A stretch of DNA of 64,000 bases from Candidatus Micrarchaeia archaeon (GTDB taxonomy: Archaea > Micrarchaeota > Micrarchaeia > Burarchaeales > Fermentimicrarchaeaceae), in contig JAVZHX010000002.1 of assembly GCA_038871515.1 (NCBI GenBank), positions 207,847 through 271,846 on the forward strand, read 5' to 3'. A program made the translations under genes and the position numbers. Below are positions 48,201-54,899 of the stretch, in pieces; position 1 is the first letter of the stretch, and every line of letters starts with the position of its first letter. The notes under the pieces are model-generated. The model saw nothing but the letters and a program-made list of their open reading frames with translations. It ran no database searches and was not told the DNA's origin.

Positions 48201-49784
48201 TTGGTTAGCTGGACAATCCTTATTTTGTCCATCGCATTTTTCCTCAACATCGCATTGTGAGTTAGCTGGTCTACAAACATAAGTATTTGGTTGAACTGCA
48301 TCGGCAGGGCAATCGTTGTTTATTCCATCGCAGTATTCGGCAACGTCACAATCGCCTGAAGCAGCCCTGCATTCGTAGGTGTTAGGCCTCTTTGCATCTG
48401 CCGGGCAGTCTGCGCTTGAACCGGTGCAGTATTCCTCCAAATCACAGGCTCCTCCACTCTGTCTGCAAAGCGTAGAAGCAGATTTGAACGTACAATCGGT
48501 ATTGCAGCATACTGGCCATTGACCGCCAACTTTTTCGCATTGTTCGTTTCCTTCAAGTACTCCATTACCACAGACTGGCATTTCATAGCATACTTCTAGT
48601 TTTGGATCCTTACTTGTTCCGGAGCTCTCTTTACTGTCAAAGTCCCTGTGACGATATGTATCACCACTTTCATCAACTTTTGCAAGAAGGCTGATTATCT
48701 TGTTGCCAGCAAATTCTCCTTTCACACATGAGGTCACATCCCAGTTGTAATATGTCTTTGTGTCGCCTACTCCAGTTGAGCCGCATAAGTTTGAATAAGA
48801 AGGTCCGTTGTTCCATGTGACTGTTCCTTCTGTCCAAGAGTCGTCTGAAACATTATAAACATATACCGTTCGTGTACCGGAGTCATCATTATTCTCTTTG
48901 TAAAGCCTAAGTGTGGCTGAAGTTATCGTTGCTCCGGCAGGTATAGAGGAAAGACTAAATTTCAGGTAGCTTCTTCGGTCATCATCGGTTCCTTTCTTTG
49001 CTTCATGCTTTGTGTGAAGGGTGTTTTCCGACCCATAATTCTTGTCAGGACTATCTAGTCTAACAGCAGCATCATCACTTGGTGTGATGTCAATGCATGT
49101 TGTAGCTGGGCAATCAACAAATGTTGTTGTTGCAAGCACTTTTGAGTTGTAAGAAGCAGTAACAGTATAAGTATCTGTTATACCATCAAGCTTGAAGTTT
49201 GTTTCAAAACCTCCATTAACGGTATTTATATCTTGCTCGTTTACTGTAATTCCTCCTACGGATGTAGTGAGGTGGACTGGGTTAACATCAAAAGAGGAGC
49301 CATAAATATAAACAGTTTCTTCAGGTCTGTAATCAGTCTTATCCGTCCAAATAGCAGGAATTACATCAAGAGTTAAAGAGAGCGGGTCGGGCAATGCTGA
49401 TAGTTCAACTACATTTGTATCAACACTCTCTGAATAATCTCCTATTTCGTAGGTTGGGTAGTATGCATTGTAATCGTATTTTGAAGCAACAACATAAACA
49501 TACAAAGAAGAGATTGAGCTTATAGTTGCGAGTCCGCTAGAATCGGTTACTGTGCTCCCCTTAAGTTCGTAGGTTCCATCAATTGTATCAGAGCCATAAA
49601 CTTCAACTTTGGCATTCTTCTGTGGGTTGCCGGATGAATCCTTAACGGTTACTGAGAGAGCGCTCACGCTAACGCTTATGAGCACAGTCGTGAGGATGAG
49701 AACGAACAGCATTCTACCCAGGGAGAACCTGCAAAAGGCATTCTCCAAACTACAGCTTTTTGTTTTCATATTCTCATCCTCCAT
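39228..49784 (-). CDS. Giant (3518 aa) secreted Cys-rich repeat surface protein with C-terminal membrane anchor
   Basis: Signal peptide, DNRLRE-like domain, three disintegrin-like units, about 15 repeats of ~120 aa (D..PP...K..G.P...I.L.C.D..PHP), Gly/Ser linker, TM + RRRKKK. Confidence 0.9.
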   Translation of the reverse strand: MEDENMKTKSCSLENAFCRFSLGRMLFVLILTTVLISVSVSALSVTVKDSSGNPQKNAKVEVYGSDTIDGTYELKGSTVTDSSGLATISSISSLYVYVVASKYDYNAYYPTYEIGDYSESVDTNVVELSALPDPLSLTLDVIPAIWTDKTDYRPEETVYIYGSSFDVNPVHLTTSVGGITVNEQDINTVNGGFETNFKLDGITDTYTVTASYNSKVLATTTFVDCPATTCIDITPSDDAAVRLDSPDKNYGSENTLHTKHEAKKGTDDDRRSYLKFSLSSIPAGATITSATLRLYKENNDDSGTRTVYVYNVSDDSWTEGTVTWNNGPSYSNLCGSTGVGDTKTYYNWDVTSCVKGEFAGNKIISLLAKVDESGDTYRHRDFDSKESSGTSKDPKLEVCYEMPVCGNGVLEGNEQCEKVGGQWPVCCNTDCTFKSASTLCRQSGGACDLEEYCTGSSADCPADAKRPNTYECRAASGDCDVAEYCDGINNDCPADAVQPNTYVCRPANSQCDVEEKCDGQNKDCPANQFKPQSTPCEADNLFCTVDHCDGNGNCVYWKPYDCSQYNQPEIAQCDYNPDNRDETFDYAAAVPGWCDEANDRCDYGTYSFTHTCADADGQDGGPVIPVGDGVRSCSAECDGYGTECQPYLNQQNDYCYYNGMCNTDPTSCACTYSGEYCPPAGTVKDGVCYYGTRDCNENGCTLDKEEMTCRNVCDATLGPIDTTGPVVPFDSITIKPNPAGPQCPGATLINATAVENCTYIHDAEFYVYKEYQTATCMPDGTQQAWGKMQAVDGNYDDELIEEVSGTVNVGGFYDSGNYKLCVKAQNMDGANSSCTCVRLEIDNMHPNLMDGTAGILNYHWVDSKGYWVCADDFVYKGYFCDQNSQSCIAGAEYFIVPPMSFNQPAGEGIPMLPSDGQFGEPETTCEWANATIINTDYSEGSHAIKSEAIDCACNWGKLLNQQPIYVVIDRTPPASSKTVGEPKFQCNYLGDQNEAEACWHIKPSTLITLSAQDVDNSWDGNYSDAVKIYYRYRWKHNYADPWGAWSDWFEYATPFQFTEDSIHELEYYAVDRCGNEETHHFEIDIVDSKPPVTTKTIGNPKVECNATDKAMYGMNDCWYMTDETPITLQCVDQEPHPIDTVTLYYTIEWKQNWGDSWQVIANGSKPGTYSFYYEDFQNYESYHKLTWYCKDALNNTESTHVELDIVDSTPPVTTKTIIGPQYYNSTTNKTYIDGVTEIELNCTDPQPHPVNNVTIYYRYRVDDGAWPVDFTVYTGRFTFPEESKHELEYYCKDALNNTEQHHFEIDYVDKTPPVTEITFCFPHSFCGHYNNGTAEWINSSTPVILTASDGNSAHSSGVNKTYWRNTLVADEYCLSEQACAGANGSGAWNEYTAPFYKQEESCHLIEFYSVDNVNKTEGVKKKCVFVDNTPPISNKQVGNPKVECSESEKTYYGINDCWYMTKDTPINITCTDQLPHPVGETYIVWQVEWKHYWNDSEWTFELGGSYPGGINITYGQLEAANPGRIDSYHKLTWYCKDRVGNVGEEHVELDVVDSQAPSVMKTVGEPKVPYILDSLQYSDKYDVEDNAWYVNQSTLITLNCTDGQPHPVGGEEIYYKYYNDGQLVQDWMLYTAPFHYNEDSYHELYYYCRDRLNNTGPIHAEYDVVDSLPPTISKTITGPQQDAPDPYHKFLSSLSNITINCTDQLPHPVGGEMLHWEMYWKNESGDNWQLIGSGTEQGYKKFTNLDDSYHKFVYWCEDALGNTGANETELDIVDNKPPISNKTVGTPKRACTPEEEELYCDNIQPTDGCYFINSSTPITLTCTDQQPHPSGAWSIRYIYHLINETPPGSYTVVNRNTTTFYIENDSAHFLTWYCVDEVNNMELEHRECDIVDNKPPISNKTVGTPKRACTPEEQALYYPEMPNPTDGCYFINSSTPITLTCTDQQPHPVDNVKIYYRYYLVGAQPEDFKEYVVYGQPLVLNVTDDSAHVLEWYCVDELGNKEQMHTEYDIVDNKPPLVSKTLGEPKIPCPRPPIDGLDGLDQLEPLPEPECDYWITNNTNITLTCTDQDPHPVNNVKIYYRYRVDEGNWIGPFEHNGEEITFTFPEDSKHELEYWCVDELGNRGETYNEIDKVDSTPPTVHKQYGEPCVGNEACLGGDYGWDYGVNASPEILWINSSTPITLTAQDGGQMCAIGVDKIQYRVTLMPDDYCKYNCDGTGGSGGWLEYEMPFYIETDSCHLIEFYANDSLGNTQPIKHECVYVDNKPPVSTKTVGTPNKKVECSTLGQGEYTDGCYYMTSQAGVGIMCSDPEPHPAHRESIYYKVDWKNESGDDWQEGQWINTGKSSIHIDFENDSYHRLTWYCEDGLGNKEAEHTELDIVDNKPPVIEKLVGEPKVPCEGSAQAVLFSDDFEGYQHTSGLPLYVEMNAKGWTVADYTHPVNDDDIFLSNLTTPGDLHVTIRDNSNITANISTLGYSNIKLNYTRRTYQADGSDKLRIMWRIGASGPWNYLENVSNNSWSTKSWSLPGADNQPLIQVRFFLDNGNDDYGFVDDVIVTGEGEECDYYITQNTNITLRCVDQQPHPVNNVTIYYKYQVDDGGWTQTVEYNGEEITFTFPEDSKHELEYWCVDELGNEARGTEVDIVDTKPPVTTKTLGQPQIPGAGFTWITSQTTITLTCTDQQPHPVNRVKIYYRYSVDEGEPTDWILYEGPFTFNEDSVHYLEYYCVDALNNTEQVKNETDKVDNTPPTTNKILHGCYTPCDPGEGCDYWVGPQTKIGFEPVDGGEICAVGVDYTKYKYRYDGWSWEGWYTYTPANNVTFGSGYFDKNGYYYFQYYSHDHLGNTETTRNETDIFDKTPPKVTTWNPFPYSGWYYNGGFIHILANATDYGNPASGVARCTYYLVNFTCQNPASCELVELGDVPYEDGWCVGDVQVPMDNKFEKAFLVVRVTDRSCNEYFGWAYHGTGDKILLDFDLVPPNVYIDHTVGLDGYVTCNDYFEVYLNVSDSMSQIKACGGYVKDGVHTYRFNGYSIIPGGRQCIVYGEVPCNLSDGGHELVLEAMDNAYNTGNTSTAMLVDNTDPTKAIIDPKPGGYYGPGGLPIKINVNDSTSGVDASTVQYRIYNSTDPDAVCLGNCYDSGWRSTTRTEGNEFVGNYTALHNVTAENMSSGTYYMRARGCDMLGHCVDPLLTIIIDLDPPVGPTNVLIDASGVITWTSAVDYLSGMDHYNIYFNGEYLNSTDVSTLTYATNGTAGNYTVSAVDKAGNEGTPVLAQPAPFCGDGTCNAGETCSNCPADCGKCPSGGGGGGGSSGGSSGGSSGGSSGGSVGGSVGTTGGSTGTGSNGQVSFTQCSSLGQPCATTADCCEGQCVNYKCSVMQETTGIPTRVDILAPASALLNEVIVLQLVDESGTPIPDGTVLIISPTRESLVLITDSEGKAGFRAMDEGVYTYSAPGHYLVAIRTTNVVKPTQAAEFVETPEPQRGEPAPPSVAMALTSLAPWILGLLVLLLILFLATRRRKKK

Positions 49785-49998
49785 TTATTTCAGAAAACCA
49801 GAGGTAGGTATGCACAAAAAAAGATAAACCAAACAAACAGCTATGCTTCAAAAGTCCACCTCATGGCCAAAGACAGTTAGTTTATGATGTTATGTATATA
49901 TAAATGTTATGGTATGCACTTTGTGTATATATATAATAGAATATATAGAAATTCCTTTTAACATGGAAAAATTAACTTACCAAAAGAAAGTAGGAAAT

Positions 49999-50735
49999 TC
50001 AAAGGAAACTGAGCTCCTTTCTCGTAAACCCTCTTTTTCTAAGTGCTTCAACCCCTCTTTTTTGCTCATTCTCTTGCGCATCTCACAGTAAACTTCTTTA
50101 AGAACTGCTTTTCTGTCAAGCTCCAGAAGCTTTTTCTTTATTGGAGCGTCTATCCCATGCTTCTCCTTCAACTCAACAAGCTTGTCGTAAAGCAGTCCGT
50201 ACCATAATTTCTTTCTGCTCTGCAACACGCACTCGTCAAGGATGATGCCCCAGTCAACCCCAGAGGTTCTGACTATTGCAGCGATGTCGTTCACATCATC
50301 CGGCCTTTGGGTAACTCCCTTGAAAAGCACAACGTCCTCATTTGAAACAACTCTCACAGTAAGCCTGCCAAACTTCCCAAGCATCTCTGACCTGTCGCTC
50401 ATTGCGTCGCTCAGCTTCAACGCACCGCATACTGTTTTTACAAACAGGTCAAAACCTAAACCCGTCCTGATTCTGCCATACCGAAGCAGCCTGCATTCTT
50501 TCATACTCGCGCTCCAGCTTCAAAAGCTCCCTGAAGCCCATTCTTTTCATTGCTTTTAGGAATTCAGAATAATCTTTGAAATTGGCGAACACAACATCCA
50601 AGTCCTTTGTTGCATTCTTCTGCTCTCGGAAACACATCGCCCCTCCGCCAACCAGAAATATCACGATGGGTTCTCTATTGTTTCCCCAATCCTCCAGAAC
50701 ATTTTCTTTAACCCGTCCTTCCCAAGCGTTTTCAT
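49999..50735 (-). pseudogene. DUF6036/AbiEii-like nucleotidyltransferase, multiply frameshifted
   Basis: ATG 50735 overlaps the upstream stop; IFLVGGGAM...ATKDLD, EDVVLFKGVTQRPDDVND; frameshifts at ~50671, ~50452 and probably ~50027. Confidence 0.72.
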
Positions 50736-51622
50736 GCTTTCCTCCATTGGTATGCCACATTCCTAAGTATCTCAAGCTCCCTCTCAAGCTGAACAGTTTC
50801 CTCCTCAACGCGATATCTTCTCGCCAATTCCCTTAATTTCCCCATGTTCAACTTTCTTGCGTTTTTAATAAGGAAAACTGTCAGTATTGGTTTATCCTGC
50901 TGCTGTTGCAATAGTGTCAGAAGCAACGCGTGAATGAACGCTTCCTCTGTTCCGATGCTCCTCCTCTCTCTGTCAAGATTGAAGTAATAGTCGTTGTATG
51001 AGGTACGGGTTGCTTCAAGCCCCTTTTTCTCCAGCAAGGTTAAACCAGTTTCAGAGAAGAATTCTGGCACTTCTTCTGCATCAGTTCTTACTACAACGTG
51101 CTTGCGCACACGAACTGAGAAGTTGTGCGCTTTTACCTCACAGAGAACTTTGTTTTGAACTGCATCCGCATAATTCACAACAAACTCCCTGAGGAGCCTG
51201 TCTGAGATGAGCGTTCTTTCAGTTCTTGCTACAACACCTGCAGCGCGTAGCAGTTTAAGCACCTTGAAGAGGGTTGGTTTTGAGCATCCAGCTTCCTCCT
51301 CAAGCAGTTTGAACTCAACCCCTTCCTTTGAATCCGCTAGGGTGAGCAAAACGCTCATTGAATTTCCGCTTAGCCACTCCTCAATTTTTGCGTTTGGGCG
51401 GGAATCAAGCATTTTTTTGAAGCTCTGAGCATGGGAGGCTGGCGATAGGACAACTTTCCGCCCTTCCCTGACGACCAACCCTTTCTCCTCAAGTTTATTC
51501 AGCATCCTGGAGATGAGGCTGTTTTTCTTTCCAAGCTCTTCTGAAAGCTGACCTGGGGTGGAGGTGCCCGCGCAAAGCCTTTTCAAAGCCAATATTTCTA
51601 ATTTACTAAAATTTAACCACAT
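50732..51622 (-). CDS. Tandem wHTH regulator (antitoxin-like partner of the downstream NTase)
   Basis: QLSEELGKKNSLISRMLNKLEEKGLV; second HTH CSKPTLFKVLKLL; EEAFIHALL. Confidence 0.75.
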   Translation of the reverse strand: MWLNFSKLEILALKRLCAGTSTPGQLSEELGKKNSLISRMLNKLEEKGLVVREGRKVVLSPASHAQSFKKMLDSRPNAKIEEWLSGNSMSVLLTLADSKEGVEFKLLEEEAGCSKPTLFKVLKLLRAAGVVARTERTLISDRLLREFVVNYADAVQNKVLCEVKAHNFSVRVRKHVVVRTDAEEVPEFFSETGLTLLEKKGLEATRTSYNDYYFNLDRERRSIGTEEAFIHALLLTLLQQQQDKPILTVFLIKNARKLNMGKLRELARRYRVEEETVQLERELEILRNVAYQWRKA

Positions 51623-51658
51623 GGTAAAAATATTGTCAAATAAGCTTATAAATTTAAC

Positions 51659-53044
51659 TTATTTTTTACTTTTTATAAATTTTGCAAGGAGAAGGATGGC
51701 CAGAATCACAACGATTAAAACAAATGGAGATGCGACAAACCCTGTCACAAAAGAAAGCAGTTTATTGTTTTCTGCTTCCTCCATTTCTTCTTTCAGCTGG
51801 AGCAGTTTTTCTTTTATATTGGGAAGCTGGCTTGTTTCAGCAAAATCAATTTTTCCATCAAGCTCGTTTAACCTGTAGTCGAACTCACCAAGCTTGAAGT
51901 AAAGAAGGAAGTCACCCTGCATAAGGGAAAGGGAGGACGAAACTTCATTTCTCAGATTAATAACTTCAGCAAGCTCCTGTCTGTAATTTTGCGTTTCATT
52001 CAAAAAAGTTAGGAAAGCAAGCTCCGCAGCTTCAATCTGAGTTTCATTCATCTCACTGCATCCCTCAAGCTTTCCTTTCTGCTCAAGCGAAGCAACCTTT
52101 TCATTCATTTTTGAGGTGTTCAAACCACTAACTTTCATTTTAAATGAGTAAACAAGCTGGGAGTTGTTTGCAGAAAGGGAGGAGCAGAGCTTATCAATAA
52201 TCAACTGCGCTTTTAATTGAACTCTCTCCAAAGTGCTTTTGTATAACTCATCTGCTGTTTCCTCAACTGTCAGAAGCGGAGCCACCCTCTCCCTCTTTGT
52301 CAAAAGCAGTATCTCTGCTTGAGTTAAATGGGTGAGGTTGTAATCAACAACATGGCAGAAGCCCATTGCCATCGGGTTGAAAATTTCATTGTTGTTAACT
52401 GCAATTGATTTATTTTTCATATTGCGTATTAGTTGCACGAGCTCATCAACTTCAGAAAGGTTTTTCAGCTGTGACAGCGAAGAAAGTTTCTCTTCGAAAG
52501 CAGAGATGTTTGAGTCAATTGAAAAGGTTAAATTTGAGAAATCCCATATTAAATCAAGAAACTTCTTTCCAGCACCTATTTTCACCTGCTGACACACTGG
52601 GGTGTAGCACGCCCTCCAGCAGGTGTCGTAATCAACGCACTCAAACCTGTCAATTCCTATATACGTTCTGCATTCATACTCATTATCCCTTGTTGAGTTG
52701 TATGATTCAACAAGCTGTATAAGCTGATTTTTGTATGTTTCATCTATTTTCAAATCCTCAGAAGTTATCCCAAGCGTTTCATAGTAACCAAGCAACGCAT
52801 TTTTAATTTCCTCTCTTTCTGTAAGCATCCTCACTTCGCCATCATGGGGAATTGAAACCAAAAAGCAGGGTTCGCCTGTTATATTGATTATATAGTATTC
52901 GCCATCAGTAAGGTTGAAGGGTGTTTTTGTGAATGTTTCATTTTCATTCAAATAATCATAGACAAATAGGTTCACATCGCCAACACCGGCTTTTACGTAG
53001 ATGGAGAAGAGAAGGAGGAATGCAAGTAAATGAAAAGCTTTCAT
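51659..53044 (-). CDS. Secreted, membrane-anchored coiled-coil protein
   Basis: Signal peptide, Cys cluster (CVDYDTCWRACYTPVC), helical body, C-terminal TM + KSKK. Confidence 0.7.
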   Translation of the reverse strand: MKAFHLLAFLLLFSIYVKAGVGDVNLFVYDYLNENETFTKTPFNLTDGEYYIINITGEPCFLVSIPHDGEVRMLTEREEIKNALLGYYETLGITSEDLKIDETYKNQLIQLVESYNSTRDNEYECRTYIGIDRFECVDYDTCWRACYTPVCQQVKIGAGKKFLDLIWDFSNLTFSIDSNISAFEEKLSSLSQLKNLSEVDELVQLIRNMKNKSIAVNNNEIFNPMAMGFCHVVDYNLTHLTQAEILLLTKRERVAPLLTVEETADELYKSTLERVQLKAQLIIDKLCSSLSANNSQLVYSFKMKVSGLNTSKMNEKVASLEQKGKLEGCSEMNETQIEAAELAFLTFLNETQNYRQELAEVINLRNEVSSSLSLMQGDFLLYFKLGEFDYRLNELDGKIDFAETSQLPNIKEKLLQLKEEMEEAENNKLLSFVTGFVASPFVLIVVILAILLLAKFIKSKK

Positions 53045-53107
53045 AAATATTTTTTATCTGAGAATAATTATATAACTAACCCCGAGCCTTGAACTCTTCG
53101 GAGTTAT

Positions 53108-53626
53108 CTAAAAAAGATTTTCCAGCACATACTGCAGGTTGGCTTCATAATTTCTCTCATTTCCAGTATACACAACCTTCTCTGCCCTCTTTTTCACCTG
53201 ATTTTTTTCAAGCTTATACTTCTTGATGCAGGATTTTATGTCTTCTATATCGCGTTCATCAAGCCTTCCAATCTTGCTTACGATTATATCAAGTGGATGC
53301 AAGGTGTATAGCCTGATGTGCCTGAATTTATGAATGCGGATGCATTTCTGGAGATAGTCATCTGGAAGCTGTGTGAAGAAAATAAACCCACCAACGAAAT
53401 AATCTATCTTCCAACCATGTGGTATCCTATCCGATGCTTTTTTAAATTCCTGCTCATCCTGGTTGTCCTTGAAATTGAAATCCACATCAATAGTTGAGGT
53501 TTTTAAACCGAGCAATGTCAGCGCAGTACCGCCAACAGCAATCAAGTCAATAGGCTTTTCTAACTCTTCATCTATCATCTCTAAAAATTCAACAAGCTTT
53601 GTTTTTCCAATTCTTTTAGATTGCAT
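53108..53626 (-). CDS. DUF6036/AbiEii-like nucleotidyltransferase
   Basis: LIAVGGTAL...STIDVD, HPLDIIVSKIGRLDERDIEDI. Confidence 0.8.
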   Translation of the reverse strand: MQSKRIGKTKLVEFLEMIDEELEKPIDLIAVGGTALTLLGLKTSTIDVDFNFKDNQDEQEFKKASDRIPHGWKIDYFVGGFIFFTQLPDDYLQKCIRIHKFRHIRLYTLHPLDIIVSKIGRLDERDIEDIKSCIKKYKLEKNQVKKRAEKVVYTGNERNYEANLQYVLENLF

Positions 53627-54677
53627 TATACAACCTCATCTTTTGTTTAATGCTCCTTTCATCAACATCTTCCCCTTTAACTCCAATCCTCTCAAGCATT
53701 CTAATCACACCCTCAATTGTCTTATCCGATTTTATTTTTTTTAGCACCTTAATCAACCCAAGCAGCTTCTCCAAGCGGTTGTATTTTTTGCATAGGAATA
53801 GGAGCAAGTTGTAGTTTGCTTTATTCTTTGCCAGGAGCACAGGTATCGCATCTATCCTCCTGGAATTACTCTGCAATAATAGAGAGGTGATAATAGTTTC
53901 TATGCAGATTTTTCTACCTTCTTTTATTTCCAAACCGATTTCCTTGTAACCAAATCTACTGAGGTTGTAGATAAGATCAGTTTCCGATATTTCTGCTGGG
54001 TTGGTTTCTTCAGCTGGCTTGAGCTGGATTCCTTGTGACAGAGCAGCTCTGATGACAAGCCAGAAAGCCTGAGGCGCAAAAAATGCTATTTTATCCGAAA
54101 GCATCTCTTTTAACGGGTTGCCATCTTCAGATTTCAGCAGTTCAATGAACTCCTTCTCTTTTAAAACAAGGCAGTCCAGTTTCAGGTTATGCATGCGCTG
54201 GAGTTTCTGCATGATTAGATGGATTTCAGTTATTTCATTCTCTGTTTCTTCTGATTTATTCTTTAATAAAAACAGAAATTCCGCTCTGTTTAATTTAATA
54301 TTCTTCTCTGGATTAATTATCAAAATGGATTTTATGGAACAGAATTCATTGAAGTGTGTATCCATCTCGGAAAAAAGCATCAGCATCTCAGTATGTTCTT
54401 CCAGAAAATTTTGCTTCTTCCTTAACTCCACCTCTGCCAACAGATCTATTGTGACGTAGTTGTTGAAGTTGATGCTGGGTATGGAAGTCCTTCCTATTCT
54501 TGTTATATTAATAATATTGTTTTTTTCTAACTCACGAAGCTTGTCATATACGTTTTTGTAATATGCTGTGCCGTGCAATTTGTTGATTGTATTGGTTAAG
54601 CTGCTTATGGAGCTAGAGCTAGTTAGGATTGTTGAAGTGCTTAAAATCCTAAACGTTGTTTCATCCATTTTCCTCAC
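53616..54677 (-). CDS. wHTH-containing protein, antitoxin-like partner of the NTase
   Basis: N-terminal HTH (YKNVYDKLRELEKNNII), degenerate MNT-like middle, C-terminal RRIDAIPVLL...MRLYNA; overlaps the NTase start. Confidence 0.65.
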   Translation of the reverse strand: MRKMDETTFRILSTSTILTSSSSISSLTNTINKLHGTAYYKNVYDKLRELEKNNIINITRIGRTSIPSINFNNYVTIDLLAEVELRKKQNFLEEHTEMLMLFSEMDTHFNEFCSIKSILIINPEKNIKLNRAEFLFLLKNKSEETENEITEIHLIMQKLQRMHNLKLDCLVLKEKEFIELLKSEDGNPLKEMLSDKIAFFAPQAFWLVIRAALSQGIQLKPAEETNPAEISETDLIYNLSRFGYKEIGLEIKEGRKICIETIITSLLLQSNSRRIDAIPVLLAKNKANYNLLLFLCKKYNRLEKLLGLIKVLKKIKSDKTIEGVIRMLERIGVKGEDVDERSIKQKMRLYNAI

Positions 54678-54719
54678 TTATAGTAATTTTACTATAATGT
54701 TATAGTAAATAAACTATTT
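54678..54719. promoter_or_regulatory. Paired palindromic operator sites
   Basis: TTATAGTAATTTTACTATAA and TTATAGTAAATAAACTATTT, between the start codon and the TATA box. Confidence 0.55.
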
Positions 54720-54899
54720 AAATATTTCGTTTGAAGGGAGTGCTGTTGCGGAAGTGGTTTATCCTCCTTAATGATTTTTCAGCGGCTCTGGGGGATGATG
54801 GATTATGCATCGCGAATTTTCAAATTTAAAAAGAATGTTTAAATATTTAATCCAATCAATAGAAACGTGGAGGTGTCTGTTTCTGTGAGGTGGGGGCGG

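Noticed and set aside
53093-53106. AACTC-TTCG-GAGTT hairpin
   Set aside because: The 5-bp stem is too short to support an RNA element, and the UUCG loop is on the strand opposite the flanking genes
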